Below, one piece after another: positions 45,515-55,847 of a DNA stretch of 64,000 bases. The position numbers and the translations under genes were made by a program. Under the pieces are notes generated by a model, which saw only the letters and a program-made list of their open reading frames with translations, searched no databases and was not told the origin of the DNA. Location: assembly GCA_039630055.1 (NCBI GenBank), contig JBCNVN010000002.1, positions 76,836 to 140,835 on the forward strand, written 5' to 3'. The stretch is from Candidatus Caldarchaeales archaeon. GTDB taxonomy: Archaea > Thermoproteota > Nitrososphaeria_A > Caldarchaeales > Wolframiiraptoraceae. The first letter of the stretch is position 1; each line of letters begins with the position of its first letter.

Positions 45515-47146
45515 ATGGGCTTAGGAAGAGAAGGAGAACAAGTTAAAGATAGCAAGATAGGTCGGGGTATAAACGTGATAGGTCATGGAACCTGGATGGA
45601 TAAAATAGCCAGTGAGCTGATCGAGCGGGAGAAGACCTTGAATAGAAGTCTAGATCTTATTAGGACTGAGAGCGGTATAGGAGCTTCGGGGATCCCACAT
45701 GTAGGCAGCATGGCCGATGCTGTTAGAGCTTATGGAATATCTATGGCTTTGACTGAAATGGGATATAAGTCTGAGACGATAGCCTTCAGCGATGATATGG
45801 ATGGTTTAAGAAGGGTGCCCTCGGGATTCCCGAGAGAGCTTCAAGAGTATCTACTCGTACCGGTCTCAAGCATCCCCGATGTCTTGGGATGCCACAAATC
45901 ATTCGCAGAACATATGAGCAGTATTCTTAGAGAAGCACTGGATACTGCAGGTATAAAGTATTCTTTCAAGTCCGGTAGAGAGACATATGCTAGCGGAGTT
46001 CTATCAGAAGCAATCCATAAGATACTCTTAAATGCGGAGAAGATAGGGAAGACTATCTTCGAGTTGACTGGTCAAGAGAAATATCTAAAGATCTTACCAT
46101 TCTTTGCAGTATGTAAGAATTGTGGAAGAATCTATACTACTCAATCTTATAGTTACGATTCTCAGAGAAGGCTTGTAAAGTATAGATGTACTGGTGTAGA
46201 GATTAAGGGCAGATGGTTTGATGGATGTGGCTATGAGGGAGAGGCAGATATAAGGAGAGATGATGGTAAACTTGCATGGAAGACAGAATTCGCAGCTAGG
46301 TGGAGCTATCTAGATATTAGATTTGAAGCATATGGTAAGGATATAGCAGACTCGGTGAAGGTAAATGACTGGGTATCGAGGAACATCTTAGGATATGAAC
46401 CTCCCATGCATGTTAGATACGAGCTATTCTTGGATAGGTCTGGAAGAAAGATATCAAAGTCTGCTGGGAACGTATTCACTTCTCAAGATTGGTATAGGTA
46501 TGGAACACCTCAAAGCCTCCTTCTACTCTTATTCAAAAGAGTTATAGGAACCAGAATAGTATCCTATGAGATTATACCGAAGATTATGGATGAGCTGGAC
46601 CATCTTGAAGATATATACTATGGCAAGGTAAATATTGAGAACCCGATGGAGAGAGAAAAGCTGAAAGGATTATATCTCTATTCGCATCTTTTAAAGCCTC
46701 CAACCAAACCTTCATCCCACATCCCATACTCTCTCATAGTCGAGTTAACTATGATGGCTCCTGAAGATAATAGAGAGAAGTTCGTAGTTGAAAGACTTCA
46801 GAGATATGGTTACAAGATTGGAGAACAGGATTTGAGGAAGATCAAGCTTGCGATGAATTATGCTTTAGATTTCGGTTCGATTGTGAAGGAGCCGGTTGAA
46901 CTATCTGGTAATGAGAGAGAGGCGATAAGAGAACTTATAAACGTTTTAAATTCTGCAGCATCTCCTAACGATGTCCAGAATATGGTATTCACGATTGCTA
47001 GAAAGCACAATATTGATCCACCGGAATTCTTTAAAAAACTCTATAGAGTATTTCTCGGTAGAGATTATGGTCCTAGACTAGGGCCATATCTGTGGGATAT
47101 TGGAGTTGAGAGAGCAGTAAAGATACTTGAAGAATCGATCGCCTAA
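45515..47146 (+). CDS. lysK: lysyl-tRNA synthetase, class I
   Basis: SGIGASGIPHVGS (HIGH-like) and KISKS (KMSKS-like), with a zinc-type CKNCG...C insertion. The in-frame GTG at 45575 (MIGHGTWMDKIA) is closer to the usual class I LysRS N-terminus. Confidence 0.9.
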   Translation: MGLGREGEQVKDSKIGRGINVIGHGTWMDKIASELIEREKTLNRSLDLIRTESGIGASGIPHVGSMADAVRAYGISMALTEMGYKSETIAFSDDMDGLRRVPSGFPRELQEYLLVPVSSIPDVLGCHKSFAEHMSSILREALDTAGIKYSFKSGRETYASGVLSEAIHKILLNAEKIGKTIFELTGQEKYLKILPFFAVCKNCGRIYTTQSYSYDSQRRLVKYRCTGVEIKGRWFDGCGYEGEADIRRDDGKLAWKTEFAARWSYLDIRFEAYGKDIADSVKVNDWVSRNILGYEPPMHVRYELFLDRSGRKISKSAGNVFTSQDWYRYGTPQSLLLLLFKRVIGTRIVSYEIIPKIMDELDHLEDIYYGKVNIENPMEREKLKGLYLYSHLLKPPTKPSSHIPYSLIVELTMMAPEDNREKFVVERLQRYGYKIGEQDLRKIKLAMNYALDFGSIVKEPVELSGNEREAIRELINVLNSAASPNDVQNMVFTIARKHNIDPPEFFKKLYRVFLGRDYGPRLGPYLWDIGVERAVKILEESIA

Positions 47147-47304
47147 ATATAAATTATCAATCTAGAACTTCTAAACTCTAAAGATCATGATTTCACTAGA
47201 TCTAGAGTGATGGTATTGTACAGATGTGAAGGTTGGGATGTTTAAACCAGAATGCTTAAATACTCTTTGAAACCATAATACCCAACTAAATCGAGGAGTT
47301 TAGA

Positions 47305-47724
47305 ATGGTGGAGAACCTAGTTAAGGTTGGAGATCTTACACCACGTTCCCGTGGTGTAAATCTTATTGCAAAGATCGTGAGTAAGACACCTGAGAGAGTT
47401 GTTAGGTCGCAGTACGATCAGACAGAGCATAGGCTGAGTGAATTATTAATAGCTGATGAGACTGGGGCTATAAGTCTAATCTTATGGGATGAAAAAGTAG
47501 ATCAGGTAAATGAGGGAGATGTAGTGAAGATCGTTAATGGTTTCATTAAGCTCTTTAGAGGAAGGATGCAGTTAAACCTTGGAAGGTTTGGAACGATAGA
47601 GACCTCTAGTCAAAAGCTGGATCAGGTAAATATAGAGAATAATCTCTCGGAGAGAGAGGTCAGATATAGTGAAAGATATCCAAGAACGTCGAGACCGTCT
47701 AGATTTAGAAAACCTAGAAGCTGA
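47305..47724 (+). CDS. ssb: single-stranded DNA-binding protein, crenarchaeal single-OB type
   Basis: The OB-fold core LLIADETGAISLILWDEKVDQVNEGDVVKIVNGFIKLFRGRMQLNLG aligns with Sulfolobus SSB as I remember it. Basic, flexible C-terminal tail. GAGGAG Shine-Dalgarno sequence upstream. Confidence 0.85.
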   Translation: MVENLVKVGDLTPRSRGVNLIAKIVSKTPERVVRSQYDQTEHRLSELLIADETGAISLILWDEKVDQVNEGDVVKIVNGFIKLFRGRMQLNLGRFGTIETSSQKLDQVNIENNLSEREVRYSERYPRTSRPSRFRKPRS

Positions 47725-47847
47725 AACTAGAAAGAATCAACTTTAGAAAAAATAGGAGATAAGTCTAACAATAGATAGCTGTAAATATATACGATTACAT
47801 ACGGAGAAGTTCTCAGATAACTTGCTCTATACATAATTGGGATAACC

Positions 47848-47854
47848 TATAAAT
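47848..47854 (+). promoter_or_regulatory. TATA box for a probably leaderless transcript starting near 47875
   Basis: TATAAAT lies 27 nt upstream of the TTG start at 47875. No Shine-Dalgarno sequence in between. Confidence 0.4.
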
Positions 47855-47874
47855 CCAGCGGAGTAAATCTTTAT

Positions 47875-49506
47875 TTGAGTCTAATTTTGACTGAAATAGA
47901 AGAGAAGAGGTTGGAGGAGGGACGGCCAGAAGAAAACTTTGAAATAGTAATAGCTGTTCCCGAGTCTGGAGTTGGTATAGATATTCCAAGAGATAAGATG
48001 AAGGCTTTGATAGACCTTCTCGACAGCCTTAAATGGAATAAGAAGATGCTCCTACGATATATTAGTATTGCATTAAGATTAAGGAGACTTGAGAAGGAAT
48101 ATGGTAAGAGCTTTACTATACTAGTTAAAGAATATGAAAAACTGAGTAGAGAAGAGGTTAAGACTAGATATTCAATTCAGCAACTTTTAGAGAAGAGAAA
48201 GAAGATTGAAGAAGATTTGAGGTTATACATGGACCAGTATAATATTACTTTGGATATTGTAAGGAAGGTGGCTAAGATCATTGAGGGCCTTAAAGAGCTA
48301 GGGCTAGATATAGAAGACCTAAATAAAGCCTTGAAGATAATGAAAGAGTTAAAGAACCATGGATACGATATAGAGAGAATATTATCTTCTATCTCTGATC
48401 ATGAAAGCCTCTCTACAGAGAATGATAGATTAAGAAGACAGATCCAGGAGTCTAGAGAAGCCTTAGAGAAGATTATCTCAGAGAAGGAAGATCTAGAGAA
48501 GAAGTTGAGAGAAAGTTATGGTCTTGTTAGAGGTTTAGAAGACCTTAAGAATGAAGTTGAAAGGCTAACTGCCGAGAGGGAGAGAATCTTTCAACAGCTC
48601 TCACAGTATGAAAACAAGTTAGAAATGGTCAAGAAAGAATTGGAGATATTTACTGGTGGAAAACTCGAGATGGAAGAGCTGGATAGAGCTTTAAGCGAGA
48701 AGAAGATTGAGCTCGAAGATATTAGTAGGAGGGTTGAGGAGCTGAGAATAGAATTATCGGAACTCATCGTGGTAGAGAAATCTACCAGAGAGATAATATC
48801 TAAGCAGAAAGAACTTTCTAAAAGATTAGAGTTACTAGAGAAAGAAGTTCAAGAGAAGGAGAAGTATGGAGAACTGCTTGATGGAGAGATAGCTGCAGCG
48901 TACTCGATACTAAAACTACTTCAAGACCCGGAAGGTGGAGGTCTAGAAGACTTAGAGTCTTTGTCTCAGCATATTCAGAGGATGATCAAGATTAAGCGTG
49001 GTGAGACGATAGCTCAGAAACCTCTTGAACCTTACTTCTTAGAGAAGACTAGGAAGACATTAGTAGACTTGATAATGCCCTATGTTAAGAAAGATTTTGT
49101 CCCGAGATGGGTTTTCGAGAGGGTTGAGAGAGAGCTTAAAGCATTAAGCGAGAAGAGAGTCTTATTGGAAGAAGAGATTGCTTCACTTAAGAGAAGCATT
49201 GAGGCAAAGAGCAAGATTGAGGCATCCAGATCGGTTGAGAGAAAAGAAGAGGAGGCTCAGAAAATTTTAACAGCCATCTCAGAGGAGGGCATCATAAATG
49301 ACCTAAAAACATTGATGGAAGGAAAGAAAGCTAGAATAACATGCATATACTGTGGAGAATATACTTTAACAAATCTTCCTAAAGATGAAGAACTTAAAGA
49401 GCTTGCTTCAAAGAATTGGAGGCTAAGGTTTAGATGTGGAAGATGTGGTAAAACTTATGATCTACCACCTGAAGCAATCCTCAAAAAGGTTAGAGGTGAG
49501 GCATAA
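47875..49506 (+). CDS. long coiled-coil protein with a C-terminal double-CxxC zinc ribbon, unknown family
   Basis: 543 aa, TTG start. Mostly E/K/L/I-rich heptad-like sequence. C-terminal CIYCGEY...CGRCGKTY. No Walker A/B motif seen. Confidence 0.65.
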   Translation: MSLILTEIEEKRLEEGRPEENFEIVIAVPESGVGIDIPRDKMKALIDLLDSLKWNKKMLLRYISIALRLRRLEKEYGKSFTILVKEYEKLSREEVKTRYSIQQLLEKRKKIEEDLRLYMDQYNITLDIVRKVAKIIEGLKELGLDIEDLNKALKIMKELKNHGYDIERILSSISDHESLSTENDRLRRQIQESREALEKIISEKEDLEKKLRESYGLVRGLEDLKNEVERLTAERERIFQQLSQYENKLEMVKKELEIFTGGKLEMEELDRALSEKKIELEDISRRVEELRIELSELIVVEKSTREIISKQKELSKRLELLEKEVQEKEKYGELLDGEIAAAYSILKLLQDPEGGGLEDLESLSQHIQRMIKIKRGETIAQKPLEPYFLEKTRKTLVDLIMPYVKKDFVPRWVFERVERELKALSEKRVLLEEEIASLKRSIEAKSKIEASRSVERKEEEAQKILTAISEEGIINDLKTLMEGKKARITCIYCGEYTLTNLPKDEELKELASKNWRLRFRCGRCGKTYDLPPEAILKKVRGEA

Positions 49507-49507
49507 T

Positions 49508-49900
49508 ATGTCCAAGGTTGAGAACCCGATAATAAACATGTTATTATGGAGGGTGAGAAAGCTTAGCGCTGAAGAAGTATTGCAGGTTCTAGCAATACTA
49601 GCATCCATAGAAGGTAAGGTATTCACTTTAACAGATGTAATCGAACTTTTGCCGAGAAGGATAGTTGAGAGCAGACATTTGAGAAGGTGTGTTGGAACCT
49701 TACTTCAGAATCTGGTAGAACTTGGATACTTATCAAAACCTAGTGAGAGGAAGTGGAGTAAGAATTATCAGAGCTTCAGCCACTTTCTCAATCACTTCAT
49801 CTTAGAGCTTTCTTCTTTAGAGAAGGGTTTAAAGCCTCGGATCGAGAAGGAGAAGATTGTAAGCGTCTTGGAGAAGCCTCATCGAGCTTCACGACAATAG
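49508..49900 (+). CDS. small helical protein, possibly a winged helix, coupled to the coiled-coil gene
   Basis: ATG at 49508 lies 1 nt after the upstream stop, with AGGTGAGG (49494-49501) as its Shine-Dalgarno sequence. I discount the longer track ORF starting at 49436. The segment LRRCVGTLLQNLVELGYLSKPSERKW looks like a recognition helix plus wing. Confidence 0.5.
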   Translation: MSKVENPIINMLLWRVRKLSAEEVLQVLAILASIEGKVFTLTDVIELLPRRIVESRHLRRCVGTLLQNLVELGYLSKPSERKWSKNYQSFSHFLNHFILELSSLEKGLKPRIEKEKIVSVLEKPHRASRQ

Positions 49901-50315
49901 AGCCACTCCAATCTTCTGGAATCTCGATGAATCTCCACCCCTTGTTGAGAAATCTAACGGCTAGGATAGGTTTAGGCTTAATCTCTCCACCACATCTAGG
50001 ACATCTAACTATGAACCTCTTAGAGAATTCTAGAAGCCTATCTACCTGTTCAGAGTTGAGCATAACATATTTCTTTCTACTAGATTTTACTTCTATTGCT
50101 AGAAGTGCTCCATCATCTACGGCGATTATATCTGGTTTAGCCATCTTTCCAGAGCCGCTTCCAGGAGTTCTAACGGCATAGAAACCATCACCTGCAGAGA
50201 TAAAACGTTGAACTAGATAATATTCTCCTTCATAGCCTAGTCTCGCTTTATACTTTGTAGAAGTCGGAGATCTTGGATGCCTCGGCATATATGCTACAAA
50301 TAGATAGAGGCTCAT
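49797..50315 (-). CDS. hjc: Holliday junction resolvase Hjc (variant with a CxxC insertion and tail)
   Basis: Catalytic pattern GYEGEYYLV...VRTPGSGSG...PDIIAVDDGALLAIEVKSS matches the Hjc E/D/E-x-K layout. Alternative start at 50288 (MPRHP...). The 3' end overlaps the convergent gene by 104 nt. Confidence 0.8.
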   Translation of the reverse strand: MSLYLFVAYMPRHPRSPTSTKYKARLGYEGEYYLVQRFISAGDGFYAVRTPGSGSGKMAKPDIIAVDDGALLAIEVKSSRKKYVMLNSEQVDRLLEFSKRFIVRCPRCGGEIKPKPILAVRFLNKGWRFIEIPEDWSGSIVVKLDEASPRRLQSSPSRSEALNPSLKKKALR

Positions 50316-50511
50316 ATTAAGCCTATTAGATAGATAGCTTGAAATATATAATCATAGATTATAAAGATACTAAAGTGTTAGTAGACTCGACGGCATAGGT
50401 TTCTCCAGGAATCATAATTCATTCTACAATTATCTATATAAGAATCTTCATTTTAGTTTTAGCCTATATAGAGACGATATAGTTTTTAGAAACATTTACA
50501 GCCATCTATCT

Positions 50512-50751
50512 ATGCATCCTCCGAGGCCACTGATTAGAAGAAAGATTAAAGGCGTAGTGAGGCTTAGACCTGGTAGAGGCTTCTCCATAAATGAGATCAG
50601 AGAAGTCGGTTTAACGGTTAGAGAAGCTAGAAGATTAGGACTATATGTTGACGAGAATAGAAGAAGTAAGAGAGAAGAAAACATGAAGATTCTTATAGGT
50701 TACTTATCTACGGTTAGAGCATCGGAGGAGGGTGGGGATAAGTTTGAGTAA
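50512..50751 (+). CDS. rpl13e: 50S ribosomal protein L13e (eL13)
   Basis: RLRPGRGFSINEIREVGLTVREARRLGLYVDENRRSKREEN matches the archaeal eL13 core. 79 aa. Confidence 0.8.
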   Translation: MHPPRPLIRRKIKGVVRLRPGRGFSINEIREVGLTVREARRLGLYVDENRRSKREENMKILIGYLSTVRASEEGGDKFE

Positions 50752-51907
50752 GGCTTGGAAGATTATTAAAGCTCATGAAAGATATAGGAGTATGACGTTG
50801 AACTTGATCCCGAGCGAGAACATATTAAGCTATACGGCATTAAAGGCTCTCTCCACAGACCTTGTTGGAAGATATGCTCTTAGACCTGAATATTATGGAG
50901 GGACTAGATATATTCATGAACTATGGAGTTATGCTGAAGACATTACTAGAAAACTTTTCAAAGTAGATTATGTAATGCTCGAGCCATTATCTGGACATGT
51001 CGCAGCGATCCTCGTCTCACATACATTTTCAAAGAATAAGAAGCTAGCAGCCCTACCTTCAGAGTTTGGAGGATATCCAGGATATGATAGATTCAAGATA
51101 CCGGATCTTATAGGTGCGGAACTGGTCCAGCTACCTCCATCAAGAGAGTATTTGACCCCACTAGTTGATGAAGGTGTTAGGATAATAGAAGAACAGAAGC
51201 CGGATCTAGTGGTTCTCGGAGGAAGCTTGATCCTCTTCCCTCATCCTGTTAGAGAGTTTTCTGAGGCCGTTCAGAGATATGGTGGGATATTGGCTTATGA
51301 CGCATCGCATGTACTAGGATTGATTGCTGGAGGAGTATTCCAAGATCCGGTAAGAGAGGGTGCAGACATAATGTATGCTTCAACACATAAAACGTTTCCT
51401 GGACCACAGGGAGCGATAATAATGACCAATAAATCTGAGATATATGAGAAGCTCTCAGGAAACATATTCCACAAAGTGGTAGATAATATTCATCTGAATA
51501 GATTGGCCTCATATACAGTTACAGTTGAAGAAATGTTGAAGTATGGTTCACGCTATGCGAAGAAGGTCGTTGAAAATGCAAAACATCTTGCTTATTCTTT
51601 GGATTCTCTAGGAGTATCGGTAAAAGCTAAAGATAGAGGTTACACTGAGAGCCATCAGATATTATTAGATATATCTGATGAGGAAGCTAGAGTTAGGATT
51701 AGAGATAGATTGGAAGAGTGTGGTATAGTTGCGGATGCAGGGGTTAGATTTGGCACTAATGAGGTTACCAGGAGGGGGATGGGTAAGAGAGAGATGGAGA
51801 AGATAGCTAAATTAATCTATAGAGCTATTGAAGGTGAAGACCCGAGGAAGGTGGGTAGAGATGTTAGAGAATTGGTTAGAAGGTTCAAAACCGTCAGATT
51901 CTGTTAA
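50732..51907 (+). CDS. glyA: serine hydroxymethyltransferase
   Basis: LNLIPSENILS, the PLP-lysine motif STHKTFPGPQGA and YDASHVLGL. The start is either GTG 50732 or TTG 50744, behind a GGAGGAGGGTGG sequence. Confidence 0.9.
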   Translation: MGISLSKAWKIIKAHERYRSMTLNLIPSENILSYTALKALSTDLVGRYALRPEYYGGTRYIHELWSYAEDITRKLFKVDYVMLEPLSGHVAAILVSHTFSKNKKLAALPSEFGGYPGYDRFKIPDLIGAELVQLPPSREYLTPLVDEGVRIIEEQKPDLVVLGGSLILFPHPVREFSEAVQRYGGILAYDASHVLGLIAGGVFQDPVREGADIMYASTHKTFPGPQGAIIMTNKSEIYEKLSGNIFHKVVDNIHLNRLASYTVTVEEMLKYGSRYAKKVVENAKHLAYSLDSLGVSVKAKDRGYTESHQILLDISDEEARVRIRDRLEECGIVADAGVRFGTNEVTRRGMGKREMEKIAKLIYRAIEGEDPRKVGRDVRELVRRFKTVRFC

Positions 51908-51919
51908 GCCATCGCCTAC

Positions 51920-53767
51920 TTAGCTACTGTAAAGTCTTGACACTGCTTCATCCAATCCAAGTTCTATTAGCTTTTCTCTTGTCGGTCTTCCATTCCCATC
52001 CCATCCACGCTTCTTGTAATATGTTCTCAGCATCTCGATAAACTTCTCTCTAGAGAGCCTTACACCTTTTGTCGATCCTTCCGGTACAGGGTCTTCGAAG
52101 ACTCTTTCAGGAAGCATATCATCAACCATAGATATATTCTTTCTAATTATGGCCATAACCCTAGTGAGGTTCCAGACTCTTTCACTCTTTCTTAATAGTT
52201 CATCTAAACTTACTTCTCTACCTGTTAAGGCAGAGTATGCTTCAGCGTAGAGCCTCGGGTCTACACCGAGTTCAACCCAGTAAAATCTACAGACTCCAAG
52301 CATATCATATAGTGGTCTCAGATGCTGTAGATAGATTACTCTATCAACCTTGTCTTCTCCATAGGATTCTCTCCCAACTTGTAGGTCGTAAGTTATGGCC
52401 CATGAACGATTATGATGTGCTCCTATATCACATGTTGCATAGCTTAGGGCCATGGCTGGTGCAGCTCTATGATCATATGCGCTTATCTCGAGACCCTTAA
52501 CATGCATAGCAAATCTTTCAGATCCTCTACCCAATCTTTCTGATAAAATCTTCACTCCCTGGGCTGTTAATTCTCCGAACCCTTTCCTTTCAGCCGTTAT
52601 CTCGATCAGCTTCCGGATAGATTCGATATCTCCCCACTCAACTCTAAACCCTAGATCTTCTTCTCTTATAATCCCCTTCTTGAAGCATTCTATTACAAAT
52701 CCTATTACTGAACCCATGGATATCGTATCGACACCATAATCGTCACAGAGATAGTTTGCATACCCAATCTCTTCAATGTTTTTAAGACCTATGTTTGAGC
52801 CAAGCATGGCCGCTGTCTCATACTCTATACCGATCTCTCCCTTCTCGTTACCGATTCTGAATGGGACGACATGTTCACAAGGTATTATACAGTTGGAGCA
52901 TGGTCTACTGTATAGCTTCAATTTCTCCATTGCTTCCCCACCTATTCTATCCGAGTACTCATATCTTGTCCTCTGGAAATTATATACTGGGAGAGCTTCA
53001 ACATTGTTGGACCATTCTACTACGCTCATGGTCCCCTGTCTCCTCCAGATGTTATAGGCTGAGCTCTCCAAGACCTGTTTCTGAAATCTTCTAGCTACAT
53101 CTCTAAGCCTCTCAATATCTGCAACCTTCACCTCGCCTGAACCTTTAACTACGATGGCCTTTATATTCTTGGAACCCATCACCGCTCCAATACCGGTTCT
53201 ACCAGCTTGACCATGCCTATACTTTCTCCTATTCCAATCAACATTTATACAAGCATATCTTACCAGCTTCTCTCCTGCGATCCCTATGCTAGCTATAGAG
53301 CACTCTTCCCCATACTTTTCTCTCAGCTTCCTATCAGCCTCACTAGATCTCAACCCCCAGAGCTCTGGAGATTCAAAGATCTCTATTCTACCATCTTCGA
53401 CATATATGTATGAGGGGTAAGGGGACCGGCCTCTAATTATCATGGAATCTATACCGGCTTTCCTAAGTCTAAACCCTATGAAACCGCCTACATTGCTATC
53501 CCCGTATATTCCTGTCTGCGGGCTTATTGCTGCAAAGGTAGTCTTCCCACCACTTTGGAAGATTGTCCCAGTGAGTGGGCCTGCCGCAACCACTAGAAGA
53601 TTACTTGGATGGACTCCGTCAACTATCTTGTCTATCTCTTTGAATATGAAGTATGCTGCCCAACCTCTTCCACCGATGAACTCATATGCTAAGTGCTCAT
53701 CTACATCTTTGAGTTCTATCTTATTCTTTTCCAGGTCTATCTCAGCGATCTTTCCATAACCATACAT
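51920..53767 (-). CDS. aldehyde ferredoxin oxidoreductase family enzyme (second paralogue; substrate class not assignable)
   Basis: 615 aa. AOR_N pattern GGRGWAAYF...AAGPLTG, a CSNCIIPC cluster motif, EYETAAMLGSN and C-terminal RGWDGNGRPT. Confidence 0.9.
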   Translation of the reverse strand: MYGYGKIAEIDLEKNKIELKDVDEHLAYEFIGGRGWAAYFIFKEIDKIVDGVHPSNLLVVAAGPLTGTIFQSGGKTTFAAISPQTGIYGDSNVGGFIGFRLRKAGIDSMIIRGRSPYPSYIYVEDGRIEIFESPELWGLRSSEADRKLREKYGEECSIASIGIAGEKLVRYACINVDWNRRKYRHGQAGRTGIGAVMGSKNIKAIVVKGSGEVKVADIERLRDVARRFQKQVLESSAYNIWRRQGTMSVVEWSNNVEALPVYNFQRTRYEYSDRIGGEAMEKLKLYSRPCSNCIIPCEHVVPFRIGNEKGEIGIEYETAAMLGSNIGLKNIEEIGYANYLCDDYGVDTISMGSVIGFVIECFKKGIIREEDLGFRVEWGDIESIRKLIEITAERKGFGELTAQGVKILSERLGRGSERFAMHVKGLEISAYDHRAAPAMALSYATCDIGAHHNRSWAITYDLQVGRESYGEDKVDRVIYLQHLRPLYDMLGVCRFYWVELGVDPRLYAEAYSALTGREVSLDELLRKSERVWNLTRVMAIIRKNISMVDDMLPERVFEDPVPEGSTKGVRLSREKFIEMLRTYYKKRGWDGNGRPTREKLIELGLDEAVSRLYSS

Positions 53768-53833
53768 AAAAAAGATATGTTTGAAGGTTATAAAAAATCT
53801 TTCTTATCATTATTATGGAGAAACTTGATAGGA

Positions 53834-54454
53834 TTACTTTAATGCTTCTCCGAGTCTTCTATCTACCTCTTCCCAGTTCACAATATTCCAGAACTTTTCA
53901 ACATATTCCGCCCTATTGTTCTTGTAGTCTATATAATAGGCATGCTCGAAGACATCTAGCACAAATAGTATTCGGAACATTGGATAGACATTCGTATTAT
54001 GCTTCTCTATCTGCATTGGTATAAGCCTATTCGTCTGTCTACAATAGGTTAACGTGGCCCATCCAGAACCTTCAGTGGTGAGAGCTATATCGGTGAGCTC
54101 TTTCTTAAACCTCTCAAAACTTCCATACTCTTTATCTATCCTATCTGCTAGTACTCCTCCAGGTCTCCCACCACCTTTTCCCGGTGGAGCCATGTTTCTC
54201 CAGTATAGAGAGTGAAGTAGATGACCGCCGATGTTAAATGATAATGCTTTCAGAGCTGCCCTCATATCTATATCCGCATTCTCTTTTCTTGCTTTATCCA
54301 ATCTTTCTAGAATCTGGTTTGCACCAGTAACATAAGCTTGATGATGTTTCTGATGATGTATAGTTAGCTGTTGCTCTGAAATATAAGGCTCCAGTGCATT
54401 ATAGTTATATGGTAGGTTTGGCAGACTGTATAATCCTAATTTTATCTCAGACAT
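53834..54454 (-). CDS. sod: Fe/Mn superoxide dismutase
   Basis: [29 protein letters not shown] and [13 protein letters not shown] metal-ligand motifs. 206 aa. Confidence 0.93.
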   Translation of the reverse strand: MSEIKLGLYSLPNLPYNYNALEPYISEQQLTIHHQKHHQAYVTGANQILERLDKARKENADIDMRAALKALSFNIGGHLLHSLYWRNMAPPGKGGGRPGGVLADRIDKEYGSFERFKKELTDIALTTEGSGWATLTYCRQTNRLIPMQIEKHNTNVYPMFRILFVLDVFEHAYYIDYKNNRAEYVEKFWNIVNWEEVDRRLGEALK

Positions 54455-54524
54455 GTTATTAAAATTCTCTAAGAGGTTTAAATACTTTCCTCGATGACCT
54501 ATAGGAGTGTATGCAAGCCTCTGC

Positions 54525-55775
54525 TCACGTGTAATATGTAATCTTTTCTTGGAGTATATGGAGCCTTACGACTCTGCTATTATCGATCCATGTCCTGATC
54601 GGTATCCCCGTAATCTTCACTATCTCATCTAACGCCTCACCTAGAGTACTAAACCTTCTCGGAGGATATCTTAAAGCTCTTCTACATATCTCTCGAAATC
54701 TCCAGACACCGAGCGGTACCCACCCCTCGAAGACCTCAGCGACCACGAGAGTTGAGGCCTGTCTTCTATCGTTACTAAGCTTCTCAAGCACTGGAAGTCT
54801 GAGCGCATGATAGGCTCCACCAACATTCTCAGGATATCTATCAATGTCTCCTGGAAGCTCTGAGTCAAAGTATATCTTTGTCTGTCCAAGCTTTCTCCAA
54901 ACTTCAAAAACCTCGAAGCTCCACGGTCCCGGCATCATGAGCACGGTCACCCTATTATAGTGAGCATTATAACTATAAAGATGGTAATCTATTATCCAAT
55001 CATTCTTTTTTACATTTTTTCTAAATCTTCTTCCTAATACATCGTCTACTGCAGTTATGCTCCATTCTGTTGGAACTATCTTTCTCCAAGGCTTCATTCC
55101 AAGTAATCCAACTGAGAGTAACCGTACAATACTATAATCGGGAAGACCATTTGAGTAGAGTTTTATTATTGCTTCACCAGCTTTAAGGTCTGTATCTGAA
55201 ACTACATCTTCAACTACTTTCAATATGACCGGGTTCTCAGCAATATTTATCTTCTCTAAAGCTGCTACCGGTCCAGAAGGCGTAGCTCTTATCGAAAAGT
55301 TTGGATTTATATTAGGTTCTCTATCTAAGACCATCTCTAAACTAATCGGCTTACAGGCCATTGCCACCTCTTGAATATTTTGAAGTAACCTATCTGGGCT
55401 TCGAGCTTCATAGATTTTTACAGGCTTCTTACCATGAACGAGGCTCAGCCTCATAGATAGAATTTTTTCTAAAGGTATGTCTAACCATGCTTCATGCTTC
55501 TCAATAAGGCTCGTATCATCTATAAGGGGTGGAACGAGCGGTCCTAGGTTTACTTTTGGATAACCCCATGAACCTACTAGAGTAGATGGTGGAGAAGAAC
55601 CATAAATTATCTTTGTCTTAGAGACCTTTAATAAAAGCTCCCTGACATCCTTCAAGTATGGACATCTCTCAAACTTACAGTTCTTGTAATCTCCTAAACA
55701 TACTGGACAATCTATCCTACTCTCAACCTCTGATTCTCCACACCCACTCTTAGAGTAGTAGGATATTGTAGGCAA
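54525..55775 (-). CDS. nreA: Nre-family (DUF650/DUF651) putative DNA repair protein
   Basis: N-terminal Cys cluster [19 protein letters not shown], followed by [26 protein letters not shown], which matches my memory of archaeal NreA. 416 aa. Confidence 0.65.
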   Translation of the reverse strand: MPTISYYSKSGCGESEVESRIDCPVCLGDYKNCKFERCPYLKDVRELLLKVSKTKIIYGSSPPSTLVGSWGYPKVNLGPLVPPLIDDTSLIEKHEAWLDIPLEKILSMRLSLVHGKKPVKIYEARSPDRLLQNIQEVAMACKPISLEMVLDREPNINPNFSIRATPSGPVAALEKINIAENPVILKVVEDVVSDTDLKAGEAIIKLYSNGLPDYSIVRLLSVGLLGMKPWRKIVPTEWSITAVDDVLGRRFRKNVKKNDWIIDYHLYSYNAHYNRVTVLMMPGPWSFEVFEVWRKLGQTKIYFDSELPGDIDRYPENVGGAYHALRLPVLEKLSNDRRQASTLVVAEVFEGWVPLGVWRFREICRRALRYPPRRFSTLGEALDEIVKITGIPIRTWIDNSRVVRLHILQEKITYYT

Positions 55776-55847
55776 GACCCAGGATAATAGTGTAGAATCT
55801 TGTTTAATAATTTTATTAAGCTTCGATGAGCCTCTTATGAGAGAGAT

